Made by a program: the position numbers and the translations under genes. Of a stretch of 64,000 nt of DNA, positions 40,981 through 49,274 are shown piece after piece; position 1 is the stretch's first letter; each line of letters starts with the position of its first letter. The DNA is from Chthoniobacterales bacterium (GTDB lineage Bacteria; Verrucomicrobiota; Verrucomicrobiia; Chthoniobacterales; JAATET01), in assembly GCA_041748215.1 (NCBI GenBank), contig JBGTDR010000151.1, positions 8,620 to 72,619 of the forward strand, written 5' to 3'. The notes under the pieces were generated by a model. It made no database searches. It was not told the DNA's origin and worked only from the letters and a program-made list of their open reading frames with translations.

Positions 40981-41400
40981 CTATGGGGTTGGAGAGGGCG
41001 CTGCACCTGCAGGATTGTAGATCAATTCGGACCCAGCGATGGACATGTATCCTTTGGCCGCAGCGAGATCAGCTGTTGCCATGTTCGGCACATGGAATTT
41101 TGCCGCTCCTACTTCAGCGGCATTCGCACCTGTAACAACTGCAACAGCATCGTCGACCGTTGTTGCACCAGAGTGGCCCGCTGCGCGAGCGGCAGAGTAA
41201 ACTGAAACAATGTTCTGCGCATTGCGCTGATTCTTCGCATCCCCAGCACCCTCCGTCAGGTTGGCGATATTCGGGATCGCGATGGCGGCAATGATGCCGA
41301 TGACGGCGATTACCACGAGAAGCTCGATCAGACTGAACGCCTTGCGACAGGCGGCACGGAGGCTTTGGAAGGTGTTTTCGGACTGGCTGATATTCTTCAT
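40981..41400 (-). CDS. Putative major pilin/pseudopilin A
   Basis: ATG at 41400: MKNISQSENTFQSLRAACRKA|FSLIELLVVIAVIGIIAAIAIPN. The mature part is small (~118 aa). The gene has its own 152-nt upstream spacer and a strong terminator behind it. The 197-aa track ORF is over-extended. Confidence 0.75.
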   Translation of the reverse strand: MKNISQSENTFQSLRAACRKAFSLIELLVVIAVIGIIAAIAIPNIANLTEGAGDAKNQRNAQNIVSVYSAARAAGHSGATTVDDAVAVVTGANAAEVGAAKFHVPNMATADLAAAKGYMSIAGSELIYNPAGAAPSPTP

Positions 41401-41552
41401 GTTTTGGTTTGGTTTGGCTCCTTGATATGAGGCCCTGCAAAGCTGAAATCCAAGTAGGGAGAATCTGTATTTCGACCAGCAGAAACCATGTAGAGCGCGC
41501 GGTAAGATATTAGAAACCAAGGAACGGCGGCCTCCAGCCGCCGTCGTATCGG

Positions 41553-42860
41553 TCAGGCGGCTGGAAGCCGCCACTCCTTAAAACCATACGGCGAGGGCAC
41601 CGGAGCAGGCATCACCTGGGCACTGCCGGGTTTTTTCTTTTGGGGAAGGACAACTTTGCTGAGGTTGAAGATCGGTCCGTAGATGGCGTAAACGAGGAAT
41701 CCAACAAAAACGCCCATCGTGACGATGGTGATGGGTTCGAGGATTTTGTCGATCTGGCTGGCGATGTTGTCGAGTTCCTCCTCGTAATCGGTGGCGAGTT
41801 CGTCGAGCGCCTCGGTGGCACTACCGGATTCGGCGGCATTTTGCATGAGAGCGGCGATGATGCGGCCGTCGGGGCCAAGGCGGTGGGACTCGAGCATGAA
41901 TGCCTCGGGCAGGCTGAGGCCGTCGCTGATGTGGCCGCCAAGTTTTTCGAAAAAGATGCGGAAGTCGATGTGGGTGGCGGCGGATGAGGTGATTTCAAGC
42001 GCCGTGCTGATGCGGACGTTGGCCTGGAGCAGCATGGCGAGCGTGCGAAAACTGACGGTGGCGGCGGATTTCAAGACGATGGGCCCGACCGTGGGCAGCC
42101 GGGAAATGAGACGCTGAACCTCGGGCACGCGGTAAATTTTCGACCAGCGTTTGAAGAGAAAATAGAGGCCAACGAACGGCAGGATCGCGAGGTAGGGCTG
42201 ATTGATGAGAACGTTTGAAAGCGTCATCATGGCCACCGTGGCGAGGGGGAGGTCAGCCTTGAAGCTGACGTAGAGTTTCGAGATGGCGGGAACGAGCGTG
42301 AAGCTCATGGCCACAATCACGCCAACCGCTAGGACAAGCACGATCGCGGGATAGATCAGGCCGGTCTTGAGTTTTTTGAGGATGCGGAGCGTCTTGCGCT
42401 GGGTATTGGCAATCTGCAGGCAGACCGCCGGGAGTTGGCCGGACTCTTCGCCGGCGCGCAGCAGCGCAATCACGTCGTCGGGAAAGAGCGCCGGAAACTT
42501 TGCGAAAGCATCACTGAGTTTTTCGCCGGCGGAGAGCTCGTTGATCATCTCGGCGATGGCACCGCGATAGACTGGGGATTTCACCCGGCCGGTCTGGAGC
42601 TCCAGACTCTTGATGGCGGATATATTGCGGTCCAGGCAGCGGCCAAATCCTGAAAAAAACGCGACGCGGTCGTCCATCGACGGCTGTTTCCACGTCCGGC
42701 GGTAAACGAATTCGTCGGCACCCGTGATCGAGTGGATTTTCGCGACTTCGGTGGGCGCCTTGCCGCAGGCGAGCAGGGCGAGTTCGTCGCTGGCTGTATC
42801 GATCAGGACGTCGACGGACCGGCCGGATTCGGTGTCAGTGAGCGTGACTTTTTTGAGCAT
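41553..42860 (-). CDS. GspF/PilC-family type IV filament platform protein
   Basis: 435 aa with two T2SSF-like halves, each with TM segments (LKTGLIYPAIVLVLAVGVIV..., KILEPITIVTMGVFVGFLVYAIYGPIF). Confidence 0.85.
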   Translation of the reverse strand: MLKKVTLTDTESGRSVDVLIDTASDELALLACGKAPTEVAKIHSITGADEFVYRRTWKQPSMDDRVAFFSGFGRCLDRNISAIKSLELQTGRVKSPVYRGAIAEMINELSAGEKLSDAFAKFPALFPDDVIALLRAGEESGQLPAVCLQIANTQRKTLRILKKLKTGLIYPAIVLVLAVGVIVAMSFTLVPAISKLYVSFKADLPLATVAMMTLSNVLINQPYLAILPFVGLYFLFKRWSKIYRVPEVQRLISRLPTVGPIVLKSAATVSFRTLAMLLQANVRISTALEITSSAATHIDFRIFFEKLGGHISDGLSLPEAFMLESHRLGPDGRIIAALMQNAAESGSATEALDELATDYEEELDNIASQIDKILEPITIVTMGVFVGFLVYAIYGPIFNLSKVVLPQKKKPGSAQVMPAPVPSPYGFKEWRLPAA

Positions 42861-42869
42861 GAATCAGAC

Positions 42870-43325
42870 TTACCGAATGGACGCGCGAACGGCGGTGATG
42901 ACGCTCGTGCGCAGGGCGCTGGGGTCGCCGCCGGACCACGTTTCGGGCGTAACCGTCACCGGTAAGGCTTCGAAGTTGGATTTGAAAGTGATGGTGCAGC
43001 GGATTTGTTCGATACTGCCGATGCCAACGACGGAATTTGTCGAGCGGGGTAACGTGAGCGAAATCTGAGCGGGATCGCGGGGCAGCACGGTGGTGATGTC
43101 GATGGGATCAAGGCCGAGTTGAAAAAGCCGGGCCGCTTGTTCCTGAAGATTCAGCATGCGGCTGATCACCGTATTGGCTTCGGCCTGGGTCGTGATCGTG
43201 AGGGCCATTGACGCGGTCGCGGCGACACCAATCATGAGGATGGCCGCGGCAACGAGGACTTCGATGAGCGAATAACCACGGGCGGCAAACGGCGGAGTTT
43301 CGAATTTCAGCGGACGGGGAATCAT
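42870..43325 (-). CDS. Prepilin-type N-terminal domain protein (minor pilin, 151 aa)
   Basis: MIPRPLKFETPPFAARG|YSLIEVLVAAAILMIGV. Its ATG overlaps the upstream stop (ATGA at 43322-43325). Confidence 0.65.
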   Translation of the reverse strand: MIPRPLKFETPPFAARGYSLIEVLVAAAILMIGVAATASMALTITTQAEANTVISRMLNLQEQAARLFQLGLDPIDITTVLPRDPAQISLTLPRSTNSVVGIGSIEQIRCTITFKSNFEALPVTVTPETWSGGDPSALRTSVITAVRASIR

Positions 43326-44656
43326 TGGTTGTAACTTTCGACCCAGGTGTCCCGGGCGGTGAGGCGGTCGAGCAGGCGCGGATCGAGTTCGGGCGTTATT
43401 GTGAGTGAGCCGGTCGTCACGCTGAGAGCGGAATTCGTCTGGATGCCGCCCGTGAGCACGAGGCTGCCCGCCGGAGTCCAGACAGTGGGAACATTTTCCA
43501 ACGTGACGAGCAGCCGCCAGCCTCCACTGCCGGGGTTTGGGAAATCACACGTCACGTCGGCCGGGGTGGATTTTTTAATGGCGAGAACGGCGCGCCGGGC
43601 GTTCCGGTGATTGAACGTGATATTCATGAGGGCATCCTGAACGACGACGATGCTCACGGCTCCAAGGTTTCCCGCTGCGGCGTAATCGTCGTCGGAGATC
43701 TGGCCATTGATGACGATACGATCCGACGTGCCGGTGATGACCACTCCGGGAAAAGCCGGGTCGCCGATCTCGATGGTGATGAGGCCCGCGCCGTCATCGG
43801 TCACGCCCGGGACGCTGGCCCCGGGGATCGGCCGCGCTCCGTAGGTGGTTGCGGCAACGGCAAGGGAGTTGAGGCCCGAGGAATTGGCGACGACGTCGAG
43901 TGCGCCATTGAAAGCCGGAACCCCGCCGACGTCTCCGGACGTGAGTGGCGGAAACGCAAAATTGCTACCGGGTTGGTTCTGCCCGGAACCATTCGGAAGG
44001 GTGAGCAGGCCGAGGCTGGGCGGAACGGGCGGCACCGTGAATGACGCGGTTTGAAGGGAATAGGTGCCGCCCGCCCACACCAAAGACCGGCCCGCGGCAT
44101 ATGTCGTGCCGGAAACGCTCATCGCCACCGGAGGAAGCGCCGCAATAAAAACATCGCCGCCGAGCAGCGGCGAGCGGCTGCGGGCAAAATACCGGCGAAT
44201 CTGCTGTCGCGTCACATCGCTGCCCTCGCGTGAAGTGATGGTCGCCGTCAGACTGACTGCGTAACCATCCCCATTTCCGGGATTAAAAAAATTGTAGCCC
44301 GCAAATTTCGATGTCGTTGTCAGTGGGGTGAACGCGGTGGCGGCGATGTCGACTGATCCCCAATCCACGCCACCGGAATCCGTCACCGTCGCGGTCACGG
44401 CCGCCGCACCGGTTTTTGTGAGCACCTGCGCGAGCAGATATTCCTGCGCCAGCGCATGACCATTGTTGAACGCGATGCGCCGCTTCACGCCGGCAGAAAA
44501 TTGGTCGACATACCCAGTTTGTGCCGACATCACCGCGAGCCAGCCTGCGGTGAGCGCCGCGCCCGCGATCATGATCACGAGCACGAAGGCAAGGGCCGCA
44601 CCGGAACAATGTGCCGGTCGAGAGCCGCAGATTCGTGATCGACCCGGCAGTTTCAT
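43322..44656 (-). CDS. PilX/GspK-like large minor-pilin-type protein (hydrophobic N-terminus without Glu+5)
   Basis: ATG at 44656 (MKLPGRSRICGSRPAHCSGAALAFVLVIMIAGAALTAGW) with an ATGA overlap with the upstream gene. The function is assigned from position and N-terminal topology only. Confidence 0.45.
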   Translation of the reverse strand: MKLPGRSRICGSRPAHCSGAALAFVLVIMIAGAALTAGWLAVMSAQTGYVDQFSAGVKRRIAFNNGHALAQEYLLAQVLTKTGAAAVTATVTDSGGVDWGSVDIAATAFTPLTTTSKFAGYNFFNPGNGDGYAVSLTATITSREGSDVTRQQIRRYFARSRSPLLGGDVFIAALPPVAMSVSGTTYAAGRSLVWAGGTYSLQTASFTVPPVPPSLGLLTLPNGSGQNQPGSNFAFPPLTSGDVGGVPAFNGALDVVANSSGLNSLAVAATTYGARPIPGASVPGVTDDGAGLITIEIGDPAFPGVVITGTSDRIVINGQISDDDYAAAGNLGAVSIVVVQDALMNITFNHRNARRAVLAIKKSTPADVTCDFPNPGSGGWRLLVTLENVPTVWTPAGSLVLTGGIQTNSALSVTTGSLTITPELDPRLLDRLTARDTWVESYNQ

Positions 44657-45606
44657 AAGGCCGGAAACATGGGGACGACAAAAAAGAACGACGTGCGACC
44701 ACCCATTGCCGGATAAGATGCCTTCGGATCGGTGGCGGCGTAGGTTGTGGCGGCGGGCACGGCCTCGAGCCGGGGCACGGCAGGATCTGGCCACCAGACA
44801 AAATAAAACGGGCGTCCACGCGCGATTTTGAGCCGGTCGATGGCGTCACCTTCGACGAAATTTTTTCGCGCCGCCCGCTCGAATGCGACAACCAGCGGAT
44901 TGAATGCCACCGTTGCGCCGTCCACGGCTGGATAAAAGATATCGTAATAATCCGTGAGCACGCCGGCCTCGTGGCGTGTGACCGCGGCGTAGGTCCCGTC
45001 CGAACCAATCGGCACGAGGTCGATGTCGTAGATGACGCGCACCGACAGCTCAACGACGGACGCTGAGGGTTGAAGCAAAAAAATCGAGGCATTGGTGGCG
45101 GCCGACGCGCCTCGATAGGCATCGTATTCGCCGGCGTCGGGCAATAATTGGCGGAAAGCCTCGGGAGAACCGACCGTGCGCCCGTCGAAGTTCGCGGGCA
45201 CTGCAATCGTAGTTGGACGGGAGGGATTCCGCCCATCCCTTCCGAGGCAAAAGACAGCGCTCGCCCGCGCAACGTCATCCCAAAATTTATCCCGCAACAA
45301 GTCGGCATCGGCCCGGCGGCCGTAGTTTGGGGCGGAATAGACGTCCAGATTTGTCTGGCTGAGTCCGTAGAGATTTTCCAGCACTGTAGCCCCGACGGGC
45401 AGCGAGGAATACGAAGCCGTGGGTCGGGCGGCAGCGGTGATATTCTGGTAAATCATTACGGCCGTCGTGATGACGGCGGCGGCGATGGCGGCGGCGATGA
45501 CGATTTCAACCAGGCTGAACGCCGCGTCCGCTCCAGCCGATCGATGCCGGGCACCGGGACGGAGTTCAGAGATCCGCCGGGGCTTCGGTGGGCGGAACGG
45601 GTGCAT
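44653..45606 (-). CDS. Prepilin-type N-terminal domain protein (minor pilin, ~318 aa)
   Basis: ATG at 45606: MHPFRPPKPRRISELRPGARHRSAGADAA|FSLVEIVIAAAIAAAVITTAV. Confidence 0.55.
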   Translation of the reverse strand: MHPFRPPKPRRISELRPGARHRSAGADAAFSLVEIVIAAAIAAAVITTAVMIYQNITAAARPTASYSSLPVGATVLENLYGLSQTNLDVYSAPNYGRRADADLLRDKFWDDVARASAVFCLGRDGRNPSRPTTIAVPANFDGRTVGSPEAFRQLLPDAGEYDAYRGASAATNASIFLLQPSASVVELSVRVIYDIDLVPIGSDGTYAAVTRHEAGVLTDYYDIFYPAVDGATVAFNPLVVAFERAARKNFVEGDAIDRLKIARGRPFYFVWWPDPAVPRLEAVPAATTYAATDPKASYPAMGGRTSFFFVVPMFPAL

Positions 45607-46129
45607 CGGTGGTGACACTGGGTTGAGGAACCGGCGGATTGACCGAACGTCCGCCAAGCGCGCGGCTCACTCCCGGCTGAAGATTCACTGGAATAAATAG
45701 CCGGCGGGGTTCAGCAGCGGGATCAGCCTCGATCCAGACGATTTCGATCGCGGATTCGTAGATGGCTTCGACTTTGAGCCGCTCGGTTTGACCGGCGATC
45801 ACCGGCGGCAGAATTTTTCCGGCCTCGAGAATGAGATCATCGAGCAGGATTTTGCGACCTTCGGATCCGCGCGTGCGGCCGACCACCCGGAGCTGCATCA
45901 GCACGTTGCGGATGCGATTTTCCTCTGTTTCGGCCTCCTGTTCGTCCTGCACGATTTCGGGTTTCTGCTCGCGTTTCGCGAAAGGATTGCGCTCCTCGGG
46001 GCGGATGGGAACGGGTTGTTTGTCGCCGGGCAGCAATCCGACCGAGCGCTGGGCGTGGGCGGCCGCTGCCGCACCGAACACCGCCATGCCAAGCAGGATG
46101 AGCAACCGGGTGGAGCGAAACGTGGTCAT
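45566..46129 (-). CDS. Secreted protein, PilP-like by position
   Basis: ATG at 46129 and signal peptide MTTFRSTRLLILLGMAVFGAAAAAHAQ. An acidic linker is followed by a small beta-rich domain. The assignment is positional. Confidence 0.4.
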   Translation of the reverse strand: MTTFRSTRLLILLGMAVFGAAAAAHAQRSVGLLPGDKQPVPIRPEERNPFAKREQKPEIVQDEQEAETEENRIRNVLMQLRVVGRTRGSEGRKILLDDLILEAGKILPPVIAGQTERLKVEAIYESAIEIVWIEADPAAEPRRLFIPVNLQPGVSRALGGRSVNPPVPQPSVTTDAPVPPTEAPADL

Positions 46130-46671
46130 GGCGTTTCCGCGCTGAGAAGCGGGAGGTCGATGGTGACGTCGAGGCGAATGTCGTTGCCGCTCTGGCCGCG
46201 GGCGATCTTGAGATTCGACACGCGGGAGGCGGGCAGGGACGCCTCGATGTTGCCAAGCCACGCGAGAGTTTTGGCATAGTCATCCTCGAACGTGAGATTG
46301 GCACGGACGATCCGCGGGATGTGTGGGGAGACGGTGGAATTCACGACCTCGAACCGCTGGGCCAGACTGACCAGGCCGGATTCCTTGATGCGGGCGGCAA
46401 TGTTGAGCTCGCCGGCCTCGGCGGTGTGAATCTGGTTGAGCGGCTCGCGCCACGCTTCGAGGTAGGCAATGAGCTGATTTGAATCGTCACGCAGTCCGCC
46501 GAGCATCGTGTTTTCCGTCGCGAGCACGCTCTCGATCGAGGTGGCGTTCAGTTGTGCGGCGGCGGCAGCGGCGGTCATTTTGTTGAGGCGATTGCGCACC
46601 GAAAGTGCGCCTTGGAAAACGAGCACCGCGAAAAGTGCGAGCATGACGCAGGCGAGGTGTTTGCTGTTCAT
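46126..46671 (-). CDS. Bitopic membrane protein, PilO/GspM-like by topology
   Basis: One N-terminal TM segment (HLACVMLALFAVLVFQGAL), a coiled-coil-like stretch and an alpha/beta C-terminus. ATGA overlaps occur at both ends. Confidence 0.45.
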   Translation of the reverse strand: MNSKHLACVMLALFAVLVFQGALSVRNRLNKMTAAAAAAQLNATSIESVLATENTMLGGLRDDSNQLIAYLEAWREPLNQIHTAEAGELNIAARIKESGLVSLAQRFEVVNSTVSPHIPRIVRANLTFEDDYAKTLAWLGNIEASLPASRVSNLKIARGQSGNDIRLDVTIDLPLLSAETP

Positions 46672-47291
46672 GGCGCGGTTTCCGTTGGTGGTGCGACGGC
46701 GGGCGGCGTTTCCGCGGGAGGTGTGGAACTGCCACCAGCCCCCTGCCAGATCAGGGTGGCTTCGTAGTCGATCTGGTCCCGACTCTGACGTTGCTGCGCG
46801 GAATACGGGCGAAAATTCATGCGGGTGATCTCTTCAAGCGTCGCGTCGAGCTGGCGCGTCTCGTCAGTCTGGAGGGCAACGCTCACCTTGATTTGAAACG
46901 GGGCTTTGTCTTCGCGGGCGAGGGCCAATTCCGTGATCGCGGCCCGGCTGCCAATGCTCCGGCAAATGGTGGCCACGAGCGGCTGAAGATTGCGCGATCC
47001 CTCGACCCAATTGACAAAATCCGAGGCGCGCTTGGCGCGTGACTCGAGTGAAGCGCGCTCGCCTTTTGTGCGATTGAGTTCGGTCTGGGTGGCGGCCGAC
47101 TGGGCATTCCAACGGTCGAGTTCGGCGGACGCCTGGCGAATCTGAAACATCGAATATCCCGCGATGCCGATGCTGGCTGCGACAGCGAGATAAAACCCGA
47201 GCGGCACAATGCGCAGAGTCACCGGCAGTGGCGGTGCGATCTCCGGTCGCTCGGTCTTGAGGTCGTGGACCTGTCGGGGTTCGATGTACAT
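46668..47291 (-). CDS. Bitopic membrane protein, PilN/GspL(C)-like by topology
   Basis: A short cytoplasmic N-terminus, one TM segment (LRIVPLGFYLAVAASIGIAGYSMF), a coiled-coil-like segment and a Pro/Thr-rich tail. Confidence 0.45.
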   Translation of the reverse strand: MYIEPRQVHDLKTERPEIAPPLPVTLRIVPLGFYLAVAASIGIAGYSMFQIRQASAELDRWNAQSAATQTELNRTKGERASLESRAKRASDFVNWVEGSRNLQPLVATICRSIGSRAAITELALAREDKAPFQIKVSVALQTDETRQLDATLEEITRMNFRPYSAQQRQSRDQIDYEATLIWQGAGGSSTPPAETPPAVAPPTETAP

Positions 47292-47298
47292 GGACGGC

Positions 47299-48204
47299 TC
47301 AGAGATCGGCGAGGACCCGCCAGAGCTGATGGTTGCGGGAATGATCGGTCACGGCCGCGGAAGGCAGGCGATCGCGAAGTTTTTCGACCAACGGAGATTC
47401 GTCGGTCTCGGCGACAAAGTGGACTTCCGCGTCCTTGTCGAGCCGGCTGCAAAGTGGCTGGAGGATGTCGAGCACGGGTGCCGGATCGCCGTGGTAAAGG
47501 TCGCTGCGCGAACGCAGCTCGGTCCACAGGTCGCCCGACTGCAACATCGCGCACACCGAACCTTCGCAGCAGACCACGTAAAGTCGCTCGACCTTTTTCC
47601 CACCGGGCTGATTGAGCCCGGATCGCGACCCGTCGCCGGACGGGCGTTCGGCGTTGGTTTCCTCGAGCACTCGGCAAAGCAGCGCATACGTGCCACAGGC
47701 GATGCGACCCGCTTGAAGCCCGTGTTCCTTGAGCGTCGTTTCGGTGCGACGAATCTGCTCCTCATCGCACGCGAGCAGGATCGACGCGATGCTCTCCGGA
47801 TTGTGCGTGAGCGCGTAACGTTTGCCGCGCTCGTAACGCGAGCCGAGCGCGCTCCGGGGATTCGTCCGGATCACCTCCTCGACGCCCGGCTTGCGGGACA
47901 GATTCGTTTCGAGGCTGATCACGTAGCGGGTATTGATCGAGACGGCGCACCAGCCATCGTCCGAGAGACTTTTCCACTCGTCGTTGCACTGCGTTGCGAC
48001 GTCCTTGAATTCCCCTTCCTGCGAGCCGCCCTCGAGGAATCGACCGCCCTTGCCGAGGCAGCGCCACGTCGTGGCCGCACGGCTGATGTTCAGCAAAAGT
48101 GTCCGTTTGTGCGGGAAGCGCGGCCGCCACGGAGCGGAGCTGTCGTCGGGTTCGGGCCGAAATGCCGCGAACGTCAGCACGTCCTTGATGTCCTTCAGAT
48201 TCAC
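47299..48204 (-). CDS. Cytoplasmic protein, PilM/GspL(N)-like by position
   Basis: 301 aa with no TM segment. The GTG start overlaps the PilT stop (GTGA at 48201-48204). I could read no diagnostic motif, so the assignment is positional. Confidence 0.35.
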   Translation of the reverse strand: MNLKDIKDVLTFAAFRPEPDDSSAPWRPRFPHKRTLLLNISRAATTWRCLGKGGRFLEGGSQEGEFKDVATQCNDEWKSLSDDGWCAVSINTRYVISLETNLSRKPGVEEVIRTNPRSALGSRYERGKRYALTHNPESIASILLACDEEQIRRTETTLKEHGLQAGRIACGTYALLCRVLEETNAERPSGDGSRSGLNQPGGKKVERLYVVCCEGSVCAMLQSGDLWTELRSRSDLYHGDPAPVLDILQPLCSRLDKDAEVHFVAETDESPLVEKLRDRLPSAAVTDHSRNHQLWRVLADL

Positions 48205-49253
48205 GCCGGGATCTTCACCTGTTTCGCGAGGTAATCCTCGACTTCGCCGGCGCTGAACCCGGTCGGTTCGGGTGAGACGCTCTGAAATCCTTCCTCAGCG
48301 CGCTGTGCGATGCTCCGGGTGAAATCGTTCATGCCACGCTTCCAACCGGTCTCGAGTTCCTGATCGAGCTTTTTGAACTCCCCGCGGCGGATGAGATTCA
48401 CCACGGCATCGTACTGGAGGAGGACCTCGTGAATCGGAAACCGTTTGCCGCGGGTGCCATCGAGCAACAGGCGCTGGCAAAGCACAAGGCGCAGCGTATC
48501 GGCGAGCGTCGCCTGTGCCGCTTCGACCCGCTCACTCGGGATCAGCTTCAGAAATCGCTGCACCGTCTGTGACGCCGACGACGTGTGCAGCGTGGCCACC
48601 ACCGCATGGCCGGTCTCGGACGCCTGCAGCGCGATCTCGGCCGTCTCGCCGTCGCGAATCTCGCCAACCACAATGACGTCCGGTGCCTGGCGCAACGCCG
48701 ACCGAAGCGCGTAGCCGAAATTGGTTTCGTCGCTGCCCATTTCGCGCTGCGAAACGAGTGACGGCAACGCCTCTGGATAAACGAATTCGATGGGATCTTC
48801 GAACGTGATGACGTGTTCGCGGCGGCGTTCCGCGCGGTGTTTCACCATCGACGCAATCGTCGTGGATTTGCCGCTGCCGGTTGCTCCGCAGATGAGAAAC
48901 AGCCCATTTTTGGACTCGAGAAACGTCTTCACCGCGGGCAGTGGGACTTTGATCTGGCTGGGCTCCGGGATGTCGCGCGGCAGCAGGCGCAGCACCCAGC
49001 GAAAACGGCCCTGGGTGACCATGCGGCTCACGCGAAACCGGTAGTCGCCAATCATCTGAGCGTAATCCAGGCAGCCCGGGACCAGCTCCGGAAGAGACGA
49101 CGGCTCGTAAATGTGGGCGTCGTAATGAAGCTGGCCGTTGTGTTTGTAGCAGAGCGGTTGCCCCGGGGTGACGTAAAAATCGCTCACCCCGTCGCCGGCG
49201 GCGAGTTCGACGATACGGGCTTCGAGGGCGGGCGAGGCGAGGGATTCGCTCAT
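48201..49253 (-). CDS. pilT: PilT-family (retraction-type) hexameric ATPase
   Basis: 350 aa with Walker A GATGSGKST, Asp box ITFEDPIEFVY, Walker B PDVIVVGEIRD and His box GHAVVATLHTSSA. It lacks the N-terminal GspE-type domains. Confidence 0.85.
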   Translation of the reverse strand: MSESLASPALEARIVELAAGDGVSDFYVTPGQPLCYKHNGQLHYDAHIYEPSSLPELVPGCLDYAQMIGDYRFRVSRMVTQGRFRWVLRLLPRDIPEPSQIKVPLPAVKTFLESKNGLFLICGATGSGKSTTIASMVKHRAERRREHVITFEDPIEFVYPEALPSLVSQREMGSDETNFGYALRSALRQAPDVIVVGEIRDGETAEIALQASETGHAVVATLHTSSASQTVQRFLKLIPSERVEAAQATLADTLRLVLCQRLLLDGTRGKRFPIHEVLLQYDAVVNLIRRGEFKKLDQELETGWKRGMNDFTRSIAQRAEEGFQSVSPEPTGFSAGEVEDYLAKQVKIPA

Positions 49254-49274
49254 CGCGCAATCGGGAAGGAAAGG

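Noticed and set aside
41436-41453. Sigma-54 (-24/-12) promoter upstream of pilin A: TTGGATTTCAGCTTTGCA on the minus strand
   Set aside because: GG and GC are separated by 11 nt rather than the strictly conserved 10 nt, and the -24 element is TGGATT rather than TGGCAC. It is too weak to call without a scoring matrix.
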